A stretch of DNA of 64,000 nucleotides, from contig OY970368.1 in the NCBI GenBank assembly GCA_963718615.1, forward strand, positions 4,096,001 through 4,160,000, in the 5' to 3' direction. The position numbers and the translations under genes were made by a program. Position 1 is the stretch's first letter. Each line of letters starts with the position of its first letter. The stretch comes from an uncultured cyanobacterium (GTDB taxonomy: Bacteria > Cyanobacteriota > Cyanobacteriia > PCC-9006 > JAAUQQ01). This document shows, in pieces, positions 40,301 through 50,040 of the stretch. The notes under the pieces are model-generated. The model was not told the origin of the DNA. It saw only the letters and a program-made list of their open reading frames with translations, and searched no databases.

Positions 40301-40444
40301 CTTGGATAAAATGTTTTCCCAAAGCGATCGCAAATCACTAGCCCCAGGATAATGGCACCCCATACCCACGACAGCTATTTTGGGACTTGAATCTTTGAAA
40401 CCCGATTGAAGATCAGGCGTTTGAACAGTGCTCGAATCATTCAT
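37331..40444 (-). CDS. PksE-like iterative PKS, N-terminal half (KS-AT)
   Basis: GNTLTGE..R....RLRWPFVRR and EDSLAGGLSNTIAGR...GGGYTVDGACSSS (PksE-type KS), HGTGT, GHTK, HQETELFVL, FPGQGSQ, GHSLGE, NGFHS. Confidence 0.9.
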   Translation of the reverse strand: MNDSSTVQTPDLQSGFKDSSPKIAVVGMGCHYPGASDLRSLWENILSKRQQFRRSLDIRLPIADYYDPDPAAMDKTYGDRAAVIDGFEFDWVKRRIPKTAFESTDVVHWLALETAMKALEDAGYTKETIPTERTGFVLGNTLTGEQTRSTTVRLRWPFVRRALRAAAAAKGMSDLVTEELVALMEEVYKSAFAPITEDSLAGGLSNTIAGRVCNFFDFKGGGYTVDGACSSSLIAIATAANALVNGDLDIALAGGVDISLDTFELIGFAKVGALTAQDMTVYDRVASGFIPGEGCGCVVLKRLEDARRDGDYVYALLNGWAISSDGKGGITAPSKIGQSKALRRAYERAGYSSHQLDFIEGHGTGTPVGDRTEVEAIALALAADGELAPRKVGLTSFKSLVGHTKAAAGVGGFIKAVMAVNQRILPPTCGCKEPNPIFNSVAQSVYPILQGEVRQPSEVLTAGISAMGFGGINCHATITSGDPPRDRWKPRLPERALLVSHQETELFVLTADSIPALIDRVAAIAVDAKDISLAEMVDLAAHLAQQVNPHQPIRAAVIANSPKGLVQRLEQLQDLAKKRPCPPGTVLTGVQEPLPTVWLSNAIRHDRVAFLFPGQGSQQLNMARVLIERHPWAQTLLQEADGWLAEIGCEPISGYMLRPIDRAASSEELEVWKQALARADIAPVAICLASLLWYRYLIQLGVRPVAVGGHSLGELAAFYAAGAYDAKTLIQFAAIRGKATLLPKDQAGTMVSLGCDRSTAEMLLQQVQGYAVVANINHPQQTVVSGHHHSLEQVMQLAAERSIYVRQLAVSNGFHSALVQEAAVHIKANAPIPLQLPSLDIPIISAMTGQPVEAGTKLHEYFAQQLTSQVNFIALINTMSSRCDLMVEVGTGQVLSKLVQANTNGNPPDAFSVESRAGEDLSFNTFLANIFIYGGAIQWNKVFENRMVRPYVSPSKLLFIGNPCENPLQVPETQPFFSSAYVGLTPVETSDKLLQPTSNRQFTEDEFLDVLSDYFARRGDFLAEIIQADMNFVSFAQ

Positions 40445-40686
40445 CTTTAAGCATCCCAAAAGACAATCAAAATCACCTAATGAGTCTCGATTAAGCAGTC
40501 AGGCTAGAATGAATGAATCTCAAGGCATAGCCTCAAGGTATAGCCACTTAATTTACGACTAGCTACTACTACGAAATCACAGCACCAAATCCGGAAGAAC
40601 TCGGACTTCAAACAACAGGTAAATTAAGGATCAAAAAGTTTTTACTCAAGACCAAGAAGGCAATAGCATCTCCACCTCAATTTGTT

Positions 40687-40734
40687 CACAAAGTCATACA
40701 AAACAGATCACAAAGAGGCACAAAGAGGCACAAA
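40687..40734. repeat. phased (C/T)ACAAA direct repeats in the divergent promoter region
   Basis: Copies at 40687, 40697, 40709, 40719, 40729 (10-12 nt spacing). Confidence 0.55.
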
Positions 40735-40906
40735 ACAGAAAAGATGCGCACCCAAGCGACCAAACAAAATCACACGAATAAACGAGCGAACGTGTTCCTC
40801 CCTGTCATGGTATGCGTAAAGTTAACTGTAATTGAGTCAGAACGTTACGATAATGATCCAACAGAATGACTATCAAACATTGAAGAGAAGATTAGGGGAC
40901 AACATC

Positions 40907-41692
40907 ATGCAGACCCAGACAATAACCACAGAGCTGGGAGAGATCTCGGTTAGTCTCACACTCAGCCTCGATCCACAGGCCAAAGGACAGCCCCTTGTGT
41001 TTATGCATGGCATTTTTCTAGACAAGACGTTGTGGTTTGACTGCTCCAGAGCCTTTTCAGACCGTCAGCACATCTATATTGATATGCCTGCCCACGGTCA
41101 GAGCTCAGATGTGGGTCGCCCTTGGAGGCTGGAAGAATGCGTAGCTATGTTGATCCGAGTCCTAGATACCCTAAAGGTCGAAACCTGTATTGCGGTTGGT
41201 CACTCTTGGGGAGGCATGACGGCTTTACGGGCGGCAGCACAGCATCCTGAACGATTCAAAGCCCTATGCTTGTTTAATACACCTTTTCAAGCAGCCACTG
41301 GGATGCGCAGAGTTGGCTTTCACTTGCAAAAGTTCGTGGCTCGTTTTCAACGCTTCTATGCCCAACAGGCTGCTAAATCGATGTATTCCCAAACTTGTCG
41401 AGAGGCTCACCCTGAACTCTCACAACAGATGCAGGGGCGGCTTGCCGTAAGGTCAGGTCAGGAAATTGCACAGGTTATCGATGCGGTGATTCTCGGCGCG
41501 GGTGACTCAACCCCTCTGCTACAGCATTTACAAATTCCTATTTTATTTGTAATAGGTCAGTCAGACTTTGTCGGGATACCTCCCAGGGAGACGCTCATCG
41601 TTCCAGGGCGGCACATCAGCCCCCATGAGGCTCCTGAAGAGATCAGGTTGGCTATGCAATATTTTCTTAGCTCACTAGAGACATCTTTTTAG
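40907..41692 (+). CDS. alpha/beta hydrolase
   Basis: FMHGIF, DMPAHG, GHSWGG nucleophile elbow, GRHISPHE. Confidence 0.88.
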   Translation: MQTQTITTELGEISVSLTLSLDPQAKGQPLVFMHGIFLDKTLWFDCSRAFSDRQHIYIDMPAHGQSSDVGRPWRLEECVAMLIRVLDTLKVETCIAVGHSWGGMTALRAAAQHPERFKALCLFNTPFQAATGMRRVGFHLQKFVARFQRFYAQQAAKSMYSQTCREAHPELSQQMQGRLAVRSGQEIAQVIDAVILGAGDSTPLLQHLQIPILFVIGQSDFVGIPPRETLIVPGRHISPHEAPEEIRLAMQYFLSSLETSF

Positions 41693-41739
41693 ATAATTGC
41701 GACCTAGGAGGTAGATCGACCTAAAAGGAGACAGAGGAT

Positions 41740-41761
41740 CTCTTGCGCGATCGCGCAAGAG
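41740..41761. repeat. perfect 22-bp palindrome centred on HIP1
   Basis: CTCTTGCGCGATCGCGCAAGAG. Confidence 0.75.
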
Positions 41762-42186
41762 GTTTAGATTCAAATGGCTTGATCCGATAGCACTTGAAAA
41801 TGTCCGTCAAGCCTGAATTCACGCCAAAATGATCTTCTGTCGTGCAACACAATGACCAACCTTTATAAAGCAAAACTTAAAAATCTCAAGCCCATTCAGA
41901 ATCTCCCTGCCTAGGCTTTAGACTTTTCTATCCAATCAAGAAAACGGCAGAACCCTCTAAAGACAGGCCTTACGAGCCTATTTCCTGACTTTTCATATTG
42001 AAGAAAAACACAGAATACTTATCTTTTAGATCACTAAAAACCACAAAAAACAACTCTACAAAATCTCTAATTGGCGAACAAAAATCCATTGGCCAGGTTG
42101 ACTTTTAAGGCGGCTTTTGCAACAATAATGCATGCGAGTCAGGTGCTGTTAGATATAGCTTGAGCGTGGCTCCGAGAGGCTAAGAA

Positions 42187-45100
42187 ATGAACGTGAAACA
42201 AAGTTTGCTGGCGATCGTTGGAATGGCCTGTCGGTTTCCAGGTGGCATTGATTCAGTTGTGGATCTAACTGATGCTCTCGAAAGTAAAATTAATGCAACC
42301 TGTGCTGTCCCTACCGATCGTTGGAATTCAAATTTTTATCATTCATCAGATTCCAAGTCGCGTGGGAAATCCTACATGCGTCGAGGGGCGTTTCTCAGGC
42401 ATGACATTTCTGAGTTTGATCCCTCATTTTTTGGTATTTCTCCCCGTGATGCTGAAAATATGGACCCTCAGCAGCGGACGCTGTTAGAAGTGGTATGGGA
42501 ATCTTTTGAAAATGCTGGCCTCTCTCTCCCGAGCTATGCGAGCAAAAGCGTTGGGGTATATGTGGGGGGATTCATGCTGGATCACATGATCAACCAAATG
42601 AGCCCTGGCAATCGTTCGATCATCAACCAGCACACCGCCACAGGCATGATGATGACGATGTTGTCCAATCGTATCTCCCACGTCTTCGATTTTCGGGGAC
42701 CCAGTCTGTCGATTGACACCGCTTGTTCCTCCTCCTTGGTGGCTTTTCACTATGCCTGTCAGGATCTATGGCGTGGCACGACCCAGATGGCAGTTGTGGG
42801 GGGGGTCAACATCATGCTGCGCCCGGAATACCCTATCGGCATGTGCAAGGGTCAGTTTTTATCCCGTGACGGTGAGTGCAAATCCTTTGATGAGCGGGCG
42901 GATGGCTACGGTCGGGGGGAGGGTGCTGGCATTGTTCTATTGAAACCTTTAGAGGCAGCCCTGGCGGATGGCGATCAAATTTTGGCCACCGTGCTGGGAA
43001 CCGGAATTAACCAAGATGGTCACACCTCGGGTATCTCCTTGCCCAATGGCGAAGCCCAGCGTGACTTAATTTATGACGTGTGGGATCGTTACCAGGTCGA
43101 TCCCACATCGGTCCGATATGTGGAATGCCACGGCACCGGAACAGCTGCAGGGGACCCCATTGAAGCAAGGGCCATTGGAGAGACCTATGGTCAGGCGCGC
43201 AAGGGGATTGCCCCTGTGGTCATTGGTTCGATCAAGAGCAATATTGGTCACACAGAGGCCGCCGCAGGAATTGCAGGCGTCATTAAGGCTGTGCTGACTT
43301 TGATGAATCGCAAGACCTATCCCCTGGCGAACCTACAGACCCCGAACTCCAAGATTCCCTTTCAAGATCTGAATCTTCAGTTATCCGACCAAATGATGGT
43401 GTTGAGTCAAGACCAAGAGCCATTCTGCGTCGCAGTCAATTCCTTTGGCTATGGCGGAACCAATGCTCATGCGATCCTCCAAACAGCACCGATCGCCACT
43501 AACGAGCAGGAGCTCGAATCAGCCCTCCAGCCGTCCCATGATCGATATCCCTGGGATCAGTCAACGAGCTCACCAGCCAAGCCGTTTCCCTTCTTTTTAC
43601 CCCTATCTGCCCGTAATCCAAAAGCCATTGGAGTACTGGCTAGCCGGTACCGGGAACTCTTAAGCAACGATCACATTTGCTTAGCGGATCTACTCTATTC
43701 GGCTTCTTTGCGGCGTACCCATCTATCCCATCGTGCCGTGGTGAAAGGGAACAGCCGGACAGAACTGCTGGCTGCCCTTGAAACCCTGAGCAACAACGAG
43801 GAAAACGACGACGTTATCCAGGGGGTTGAACCCTTTAAAGGTCACCGGAAACCGGTGTTTGTTTTTACAGGGATGGGACCTCAGCGTTGGGATATGGGGC
43901 GCGAGTTGTATCAACATAGTCCTATCTATCGCGCCGCCGTCGAAGAAGCGGATACCGTTTTTCAAGCGGTTGCCGGGTTTTCAATTCTGGCGGAAATGCT
44001 CAAGGATGAGCAGGGTTCACAAATTTCACGCACAGAAATTGCTCAACCGGCTAACTTAGTTTTACAAATTGGACTTTTGGCCGTGCTGAAAGCCGCAGGG
44101 GTTGAGCCCGGTGCTGTGGTTGGACATTCTGTGGGAGAACTGGGTTCCGCCTATGCTGCAGGTGTACTTAATCTAGAAGATGTGATGACGGTGGCCTACC
44201 ATCGAAGTCGTCTTCAGGCGACCCGAGCCGGTACGGGTGGAATGCTTGCAGTGGGGTTGGGTAAGGAGCAGGCCTTGGAAAGAATTGCCCCCTGCTCGGA
44301 TCGGGTTTCGGTGGCGGCGGTCAATAGTCCCTCCAGTGTGACATTGGCGGGTGATGCCCAGGCCCTAGAACAGTTGGCGAACGTCTTCACAGAGGAAGGA
44401 ATCTTCAATCGCCAGCTTACGGTCGAAGTCCCCTATCACAGCCCAATGATGGATCCGATCCTACAGCCTATGATTGAGGCCATGGCGCAGATCCGTCCCC
44501 AATACCCTCAGGTCGATCTGTACTCGACCGTAACGGGGGCAAGGGTGGAGGGCATTTCCTACGACGCTGAATACTGGACACTCAATACGCGTCAGTCTGT
44601 TGAATTTGCCGCTGCAATTTTCTCACTACTAGAGGACGGATACAATACGTTTCTTGAGGTTGGCCCCCACCCCGTCTTGGCCAATTCTATCCGGGACTGT
44701 ATCCGCAGTTCGGACAAAGACTGTCGAACCATTTTTACCTTAAATCGCAAGATGCCAGAGCTAGCTAGCCTGCATCGGGCGATCGCCAGCGTTTATACAT
44801 CGGGTTGTGAAATCAACTGGTCTATTCACAATGGCCAAGGACATTGGATCACGCTACCGAACTACCCCTGGCAACGGGAACGGCTCTGGGTGGAAAATGA
44901 CCGAGCCGCCCAAGATCGGTTGGCCGTCATGAGTGCCCCTATCCTAGGTTTGCAAGAAGCCCCGGCAACCCCTGCTTGGCGAAACGATTTTGAGCATGAA
45001 AGTGTCAAATATCTTAAGGATCACGTGATCACTGGCGTGCCTATTTTGCCGGCTGCGGCTTATATTGAGGCATTGTTGGAGCTGTTAATGTCGAAGGCTA

Positions 45101-48100
45101 ATAGTCAAGCCGCGCTGATCCTCCGGAATCTCAAAATCTTTTCCCCCATGCTGCTCTCTAGCGATCGGGCGCTGGATGCGGTGACAACTTATGATCCTTT
45201 TACCCAATCGGCAACGATCCGCAGTCTGACCAACGGGTCACTGGGAGAGGGGCAAATCCACATTACCGCCAACCTTGCTTGGGCTAAAACGTACATTCCC
45301 AAACAGCAAGATTTACAGGCGCTCCTCGCGGCGGCTGAGCATCAGGTTGATATTCCCGAGTTTTATCAACGTTTGGATCGACTGAATCTCAGCTACGGGC
45401 CTGCTTTTCAGAGCATTCGTGCCATGCAGGTCAATCAGACCGAGCGACGGGTCGTCGCACGCATTGAAATGGATGCAAACCTCGCTCAAGCCTTAGACGG
45501 TTATGTGATTCATCCCTCCCTACTGGATGCTTGTTTCCAAACCCAGATTGCTTTGTTGAAGGTTCTGGAAACGACCTATTTACCGACTGGTTTTCAGGAA
45601 ATGTGTGTCTATAGCACCCAACTCCCTGAGAGCATCTGGTGCTTAACCGAACTGATAGAACAAACAGAACGACAGATTCTGTGCAATATTTCGCTTCTGG
45701 ATGAGGAGGGCCGATGTTTGGCCGTCATTCGAGGCATGTGCTCCACAGCAGCGGCTAAACAGGAACGAGTCGATCGGTTTGGTGACCCGGTAAAGCGCCA
45801 AATCTTGACCTACAACTGGTCCTACGGTGAGCCCCTGACCGAGCCCAAGCGTTTGGGTTATTGGTTGGTGGTGGGTGCGGATGTTCAAATAACCCAAAAA
45901 ACCAGCAAGAATCTGGAGCAGTATGGAGCGATCCAGGCGTTTCCGGTTGTTCTTCGGGCTCAAGCACTAGGGAGCGATCCCCCGACAGAGGCAGTCGCCC
46001 TCGCTCAGGTCGAAACAACGGCAGATGCAACTCGCCTGTTGGAGCATTATTCCAGCTTGGACGGTATCGTTTTTCTTCACGGTTTGGCCGCCACACCGAA
46101 CTCTGACGATCCCACAGGGGAGCGGGCGATCGCACAACTCATCGCCTTTTCCCAAGCGCTGCTCCAGCGATCGGACAGCCACCGCCCTCGAATCTATACC
46201 GTGACTCAAGGGGCCTTTTCGGTCAAGGAGCACGATACCCTCATCCAACCCAGTCAGTCTGCCATTAATGGTTTTGTACGGGTGGCGTTCAATGAACTCG
46301 AAGGGTTTCGTTTTAGTTCCATTGACCTCCCTGGCAAGATTTCTCCAGAGATCTGGGATAGCTTAACTATGGAGTTACTCTGCGATAGCCGCCACGACGA
46401 AGTCGCCCTGCGTGGTCGCTTACGGTTGGTGAGCGAACTGACAGACAGTCCCCTTCTGACTGAAGATCGTATTCAATATGTCGGCATTGACGATACCCAT
46501 CCCATCAAGGTTCGTCCCCTCAAGGCTGATACAGAAAGTATCGGCGGGGCTCGAATCTTGTCAGCTCCTCCGGCACCGCTGGGAACCGATGACATTCAGT
46601 TACGGATCGAAGCAGTCTTGGCTCCCTATCAATTACTCACTGAAGAGCCGGCCCTCTACGAAAGTCAACCGGTTGTTGAAGTCGTAGCTGAAGTCATCGG
46701 CGTCGGGTCTGAGGTGAATGATTTGCAACCGGGTCTACGAGTCTGTGGCTATGCCCCCACCGAGATTGCCAGTCATATTTCCGGTCCTCGGGAGCAATTT
46801 GCGTTAGTTCCCATTCGCCCAGAGACCAACGCCGCTAAACTCGTGAGTACGATGGGTCTGACAACTCGGGCTCAACTGGCGATCGCCAATCAGGATCTAA
46901 GCAAAAATGATCAGGCATTGATCTATACAGACCCCCTGGGATTAGTCATCGCTGACATCCTCGATCGGCAAGGGATCAAGGTTATCCTCATCTCCGAAGC
47001 CCAAGACAAGCTCGAATTCAAGGTTCTGGAGCGCTACGTTGTTGTGTCATTTTGCCCAGAAGAGCTGCACGAGGTCTTTGAACAAACCAGAGAAAGTAAG
47101 GGTTTTGATCTGTTGGTTGCTCCCTTAGGCCGTTGGGTCCAGACCTTTGATTTCAGTAGCCTGCGGCAGGGTGGCAGCATCATTGATACGGACAGTGACG
47201 CAACCCCAATCGCCCTAGGACAGCATCAGTTAACCAGAACTGATCTGAAGATGTATTTGCAGCGCCCTGCTCGTCTTCAGCAGATGCTCACACAAGTCGT
47301 GGAACAGTTTGAGCAGCAGCAGATGGCACCACTACAAAGTCTGACCGTTTCGGTTCATGATATTGCTTGGCAAAAGCTTAGCTTGTCCAGCGATATTCGG
47401 ACTGTCGTGATGACCTTTAGTACCCATGGTCAAGAGTTGCCCGTGGTCCAGAAAGACATCGCAGTTTTTGATCCCAATGGTACCTATTTCATTACAGGTG
47501 GTTTTGGCGGCTTTGGTCAAAAAACGGCTGAGTGGCTGGTTTCCAAAGGCGTTCGCCACCTGGTGCTGACGGGGCGTACGGGAGCAAACACCCCAGCGCG
47601 CCAGGCCATCCTTCAGCATCTCAGGGAACTGGGTGCAACGGTCAAGGCAGTAGCCTGCGACACCGCTGATCTGGAAGCTCTCAGCGAACTGTTTGCCGAC
47701 ATTCAGGCAACTTGTCCGCCGCTCAAGGGCATTTTCCACTCCGGTGCGCTGATCTTAGATCAGCCGATTGAGGCCATTGACCCCAATATCTACCAAAAGG
47801 TGATGCGTAGCAAAGCCTTGGGCGCATGGAACTTGCACCAGCTCACCCTGTCCCTGTCCCTGTCCCTTGATCACTTTGTGTTGTACTCCTCCGTGGCCAA
47901 CCTGGTCGGGAACACCCGTCAAGCGGCCTACAGTGCAGCCAATGGATTCCTCAACGGCTTAGCCCATCTTCGTCGGACGCAGGGGCTGGCGGGAACTAGC
48001 GTTAACTGGGGGGCGATCGCCGATGTCGGGGTTGTTGCCCAGGATGAAACCCTGGAGCAATTCCTACGGTACACCGGTCTTAGAGGAATCAGCTCCGCAG

Positions 48101-48570
48101 AGGCCTTGGATGTCCTGGATGTTGCCCTAGCCAGAGATGTGACCCAGTTTGGCGTTTCCATGATTTCCAGTTGGGCCGACTGGTCTCGCTATGAAACGCG
48201 TGGCGCAACTTCACCTCGCTTCCAAAGCCTAATCGCCAGTGATACCCAAGACAAAGACCATTCAATGCGCACGGTCCTCAAAGAGGAATTAAGGGGTCTT
48301 AAAGAGGAAGAAAAAGTTGAGTTACTCGGCTCCTTACTGCTGGAAATTATTGCGTCTGTTCTCAAGTCTGACCCAGAAGGAATCCCCTTAGATACGGTCG
48401 TCAGCCAATTGGGTGTCGACTCATTAATGGCGACCGAACTACAGCTCCAGATTGACACCCAGTTAGGACTCAGCATTTCCATCATGGAACTTCTTGGAGA
48501 TACAACCATTCGCTCTTTTGCGCGGAGTTCACTAACCTCACTCTTCACAGAAGAAGCCAGCCTGGTCTAG
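42187..48570 (+). CDS. type I reducing PKS (KS-AT-DH-psiKR-degenerate ER-KR-ACP)
   Basis: DTACSSS, HGTGT, KSNIGHTE, GHSVGE, VPYHS, HVITGVPILP / HPSLLDACFQ DH, ITGGFGGFG and YSAAN KR, LGVDSL ACP; ER-length region lacks a GGVG motif. Confidence 0.92.
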   Translation: MNVKQSLLAIVGMACRFPGGIDSVVDLTDALESKINATCAVPTDRWNSNFYHSSDSKSRGKSYMRRGAFLRHDISEFDPSFFGISPRDAENMDPQQRTLLEVVWESFENAGLSLPSYASKSVGVYVGGFMLDHMINQMSPGNRSIINQHTATGMMMTMLSNRISHVFDFRGPSLSIDTACSSSLVAFHYACQDLWRGTTQMAVVGGVNIMLRPEYPIGMCKGQFLSRDGECKSFDERADGYGRGEGAGIVLLKPLEAALADGDQILATVLGTGINQDGHTSGISLPNGEAQRDLIYDVWDRYQVDPTSVRYVECHGTGTAAGDPIEARAIGETYGQARKGIAPVVIGSIKSNIGHTEAAAGIAGVIKAVLTLMNRKTYPLANLQTPNSKIPFQDLNLQLSDQMMVLSQDQEPFCVAVNSFGYGGTNAHAILQTAPIATNEQELESALQPSHDRYPWDQSTSSPAKPFPFFLPLSARNPKAIGVLASRYRELLSNDHICLADLLYSASLRRTHLSHRAVVKGNSRTELLAALETLSNNEENDDVIQGVEPFKGHRKPVFVFTGMGPQRWDMGRELYQHSPIYRAAVEEADTVFQAVAGFSILAEMLKDEQGSQISRTEIAQPANLVLQIGLLAVLKAAGVEPGAVVGHSVGELGSAYAAGVLNLEDVMTVAYHRSRLQATRAGTGGMLAVGLGKEQALERIAPCSDRVSVAAVNSPSSVTLAGDAQALEQLANVFTEEGIFNRQLTVEVPYHSPMMDPILQPMIEAMAQIRPQYPQVDLYSTVTGARVEGISYDAEYWTLNTRQSVEFAAAIFSLLEDGYNTFLEVGPHPVLANSIRDCIRSSDKDCRTIFTLNRKMPELASLHRAIASVYTSGCEINWSIHNGQGHWITLPNYPWQRERLWVENDRAAQDRLAVMSAPILGLQEAPATPAWRNDFEHESVKYLKDHVITGVPILPAAAYIEALLELLMSKANSQAALILRNLKIFSPMLLSSDRALDAVTTYDPFTQSATIRSLTNGSLGEGQIHITANLAWAKTYIPKQQDLQALLAAAEHQVDIPEFYQRLDRLNLSYGPAFQSIRAMQVNQTERRVVARIEMDANLAQALDGYVIHPSLLDACFQTQIALLKVLETTYLPTGFQEMCVYSTQLPESIWCLTELIEQTERQILCNISLLDEEGRCLAVIRGMCSTAAAKQERVDRFGDPVKRQILTYNWSYGEPLTEPKRLGYWLVVGADVQITQKTSKNLEQYGAIQAFPVVLRAQALGSDPPTEAVALAQVETTADATRLLEHYSSLDGIVFLHGLAATPNSDDPTGERAIAQLIAFSQALLQRSDSHRPRIYTVTQGAFSVKEHDTLIQPSQSAINGFVRVAFNELEGFRFSSIDLPGKISPEIWDSLTMELLCDSRHDEVALRGRLRLVSELTDSPLLTEDRIQYVGIDDTHPIKVRPLKADTESIGGARILSAPPAPLGTDDIQLRIEAVLAPYQLLTEEPALYESQPVVEVVAEVIGVGSEVNDLQPGLRVCGYAPTEIASHISGPREQFALVPIRPETNAAKLVSTMGLTTRAQLAIANQDLSKNDQALIYTDPLGLVIADILDRQGIKVILISEAQDKLEFKVLERYVVVSFCPEELHEVFEQTRESKGFDLLVAPLGRWVQTFDFSSLRQGGSIIDTDSDATPIALGQHQLTRTDLKMYLQRPARLQQMLTQVVEQFEQQQMAPLQSLTVSVHDIAWQKLSLSSDIRTVVMTFSTHGQELPVVQKDIAVFDPNGTYFITGGFGGFGQKTAEWLVSKGVRHLVLTGRTGANTPARQAILQHLRELGATVKAVACDTADLEALSELFADIQATCPPLKGIFHSGALILDQPIEAIDPNIYQKVMRSKALGAWNLHQLTLSLSLSLDHFVLYSSVANLVGNTRQAAYSAANGFLNGLAHLRRTQGLAGTSVNWGAIADVGVVAQDETLEQFLRYTGLRGISSAEALDVLDVALARDVTQFGVSMISSWADWSRYETRGATSPRFQSLIASDTQDKDHSMRTVLKEELRGLKEEEKVELLGSLLLEIIASVLKSDPEGIPLDTVVSQLGVDSLMATELQLQIDTQLGLSISIMELLGDTTIRSFARSSLTSLFTEEASLV

Positions 48571-48615
48571 CGATTCAGGCTGGCGATTCAGACTAGCGAT
48601 TCAGAAGCGATTCAG
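48570..48615 (+). repeat. short tandem repeat (4x GCGATTCAG)
   Basis: Copies at 48570, 48583, 48596, 48607 in the PKS-AOS spacer. Confidence 0.7.
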
Positions 48616-48667
48616 AAACCTTAAAGGCTTTGTTCGTCAACCTATCCAGAACGATTGAGTACCCCCC

Positions 48668-50002
48668 ATGACTGTACAATCCCGCTTAGAACGACTCAAG
48701 AAACAGATGAACTTGAGTGCTGAGGTTTCAACTTCAGAATCTCAAATCAAGGTATTTACCCCTAAGGAGATACAGCCTCACCATTATGATGTATCCCTGT
48801 TTCCTGAATACAAAGAATTCGCAACAATGGAGTGGTTTTATGAAAGCCAGAATTACACCAAAAATCTGTTTCAAAAGCATTTAGGCGGATCTGACGCAAC
48901 GGTTAATCTAGAAGGGCAAGAGCGGATCAATTTTTCAAGCTATAACTACTTAGCACTGGCTAATGATCCGAGGGTCAAGAAGGCAGCTCAAGATGCAGTC
49001 GAAGCCTTTGGCACTAGCACTGGATCCGGGCGTTCCATTACCGGCGAAATTGATCTCCATCAAGCATTTGAGCGGGAAATCTCAGAAGTTCTGGGCACCG
49101 AAGATGCCGTCGTTTCGGTAGGAGGATACAGTACCAATACCTTTACGATTGGTTATCTCTGTCGAGAACAGGATTTGATCATCTACGATGAATTGATTCA
49201 CAATTCTGCTTTAACGGGATGCAAGCTAGCGGGCTCAAGACGCTTTAAGTTTCCCCACAATGACTACGAAGCCCTGGAAAAAATTCTGGAACAGCAGCGC
49301 CATAAATACGAGCGTGTCTTAATCCTCGTAGAAGGAGTTTACAGCATGGATGGGGACATCCCCGATATCCCTCGTCTGATAGAAATTAAGCAGAAGTATA
49401 AGGCTCTATTGATGGTTGATGAGGCCCATTCCATGGGAGTGATTGGTCCCAATGGTTTAGGCGTGACGGATTACTTTAATGTATCGGGTCAGGACATCGA
49501 CATTCTCTATGGCTCCATGAGCAAGGCGTTCGGAACTTGCGGGGGTTACGTAGCCGGTTCTAAAGCCCTCATTGCGATTTTAAAGTATTACGCACCGGGT
49601 GTCTTGCTCTATGGCGCTGCTCCTACCCCCGCTAATACGGCTGCGGGGCTTGAATCTCTCAGAATTATGCGAGATGAACCGGAACGGGCTCGTCGGGTCC
49701 AGGAAAATGCAGCGTATTTTATTGAGAAAGCCCAGGCCGCAGGGTTAGATACCTACGTCAGCAAAGATTCAGGGGTTGTACCCATTATGATTCGAGATTC
49801 TGAGCTTGCCCTTTGGCTTTCTGTAACGCTGTTCGACCAAGGTATCTGCGCTTTTCCCATGCTTTATCCGATCGTTCCCCGAGATCAGTCGCGGTTGCGA
49901 TTCTTCATTAATACGAACCATACCCAAGCTCAACTGCATTTCACCATCGATTGCATTGTCAAAAACCTTCGTGTTGCTCCGCCTTCAACAGGTGCAATGT
50001 AA
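48668..50002 (+). CDS. PLP-dependent alpha-oxoamine synthase (AONS/SPT family)
   Basis: NFSSYNYLAL, DELIHNS, VEGVYSMDGD, DEAHS, GSMSKAFG PLP lysine, RLRFF. Confidence 0.9.
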   Translation: MTVQSRLERLKKQMNLSAEVSTSESQIKVFTPKEIQPHHYDVSLFPEYKEFATMEWFYESQNYTKNLFQKHLGGSDATVNLEGQERINFSSYNYLALANDPRVKKAAQDAVEAFGTSTGSGRSITGEIDLHQAFEREISEVLGTEDAVVSVGGYSTNTFTIGYLCREQDLIIYDELIHNSALTGCKLAGSRRFKFPHNDYEALEKILEQQRHKYERVLILVEGVYSMDGDIPDIPRLIEIKQKYKALLMVDEAHSMGVIGPNGLGVTDYFNVSGQDIDILYGSMSKAFGTCGGYVAGSKALIAILKYYAPGVLLYGAAPTPANTAAGLESLRIMRDEPERARRVQENAAYFIEKAQAAGLDTYVSKDSGVVPIMIRDSELALWLSVTLFDQGICAFPMLYPIVPRDQSRLRFFINTNHTQAQLHFTIDCIVKNLRVAPPSTGAM

Positions 50003-50040
50003 GGACTTTAATCGATACAAATATTGTCCCGGTCAAGACC

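Noticed and set aside
32137-40444. Calling this a true enediyne antibiotic cluster
   Set aside because: PksE and a TE are present, but no E3/E4/E5-like genes are recognisable in the window; they could lie elsewhere in the genome
32137-40444. PUFA synthase or heterocyst glycolipid PKS
   Set aside because: KS motifs, fused PPTase and E10-type TE are PksE-like; no KS-CLF or PfaD-type ER seen
48570-48615. CRISPR array (also considered 40687-40734 and 14735-14785)
   Set aside because: Units are only 6-13 nt with no unique spacers; no cas genes
48668-50002. Housekeeping bioF
   Set aside because: Directly follows a TE-less PKS, has an N-terminal extension and has no bio genes nearby
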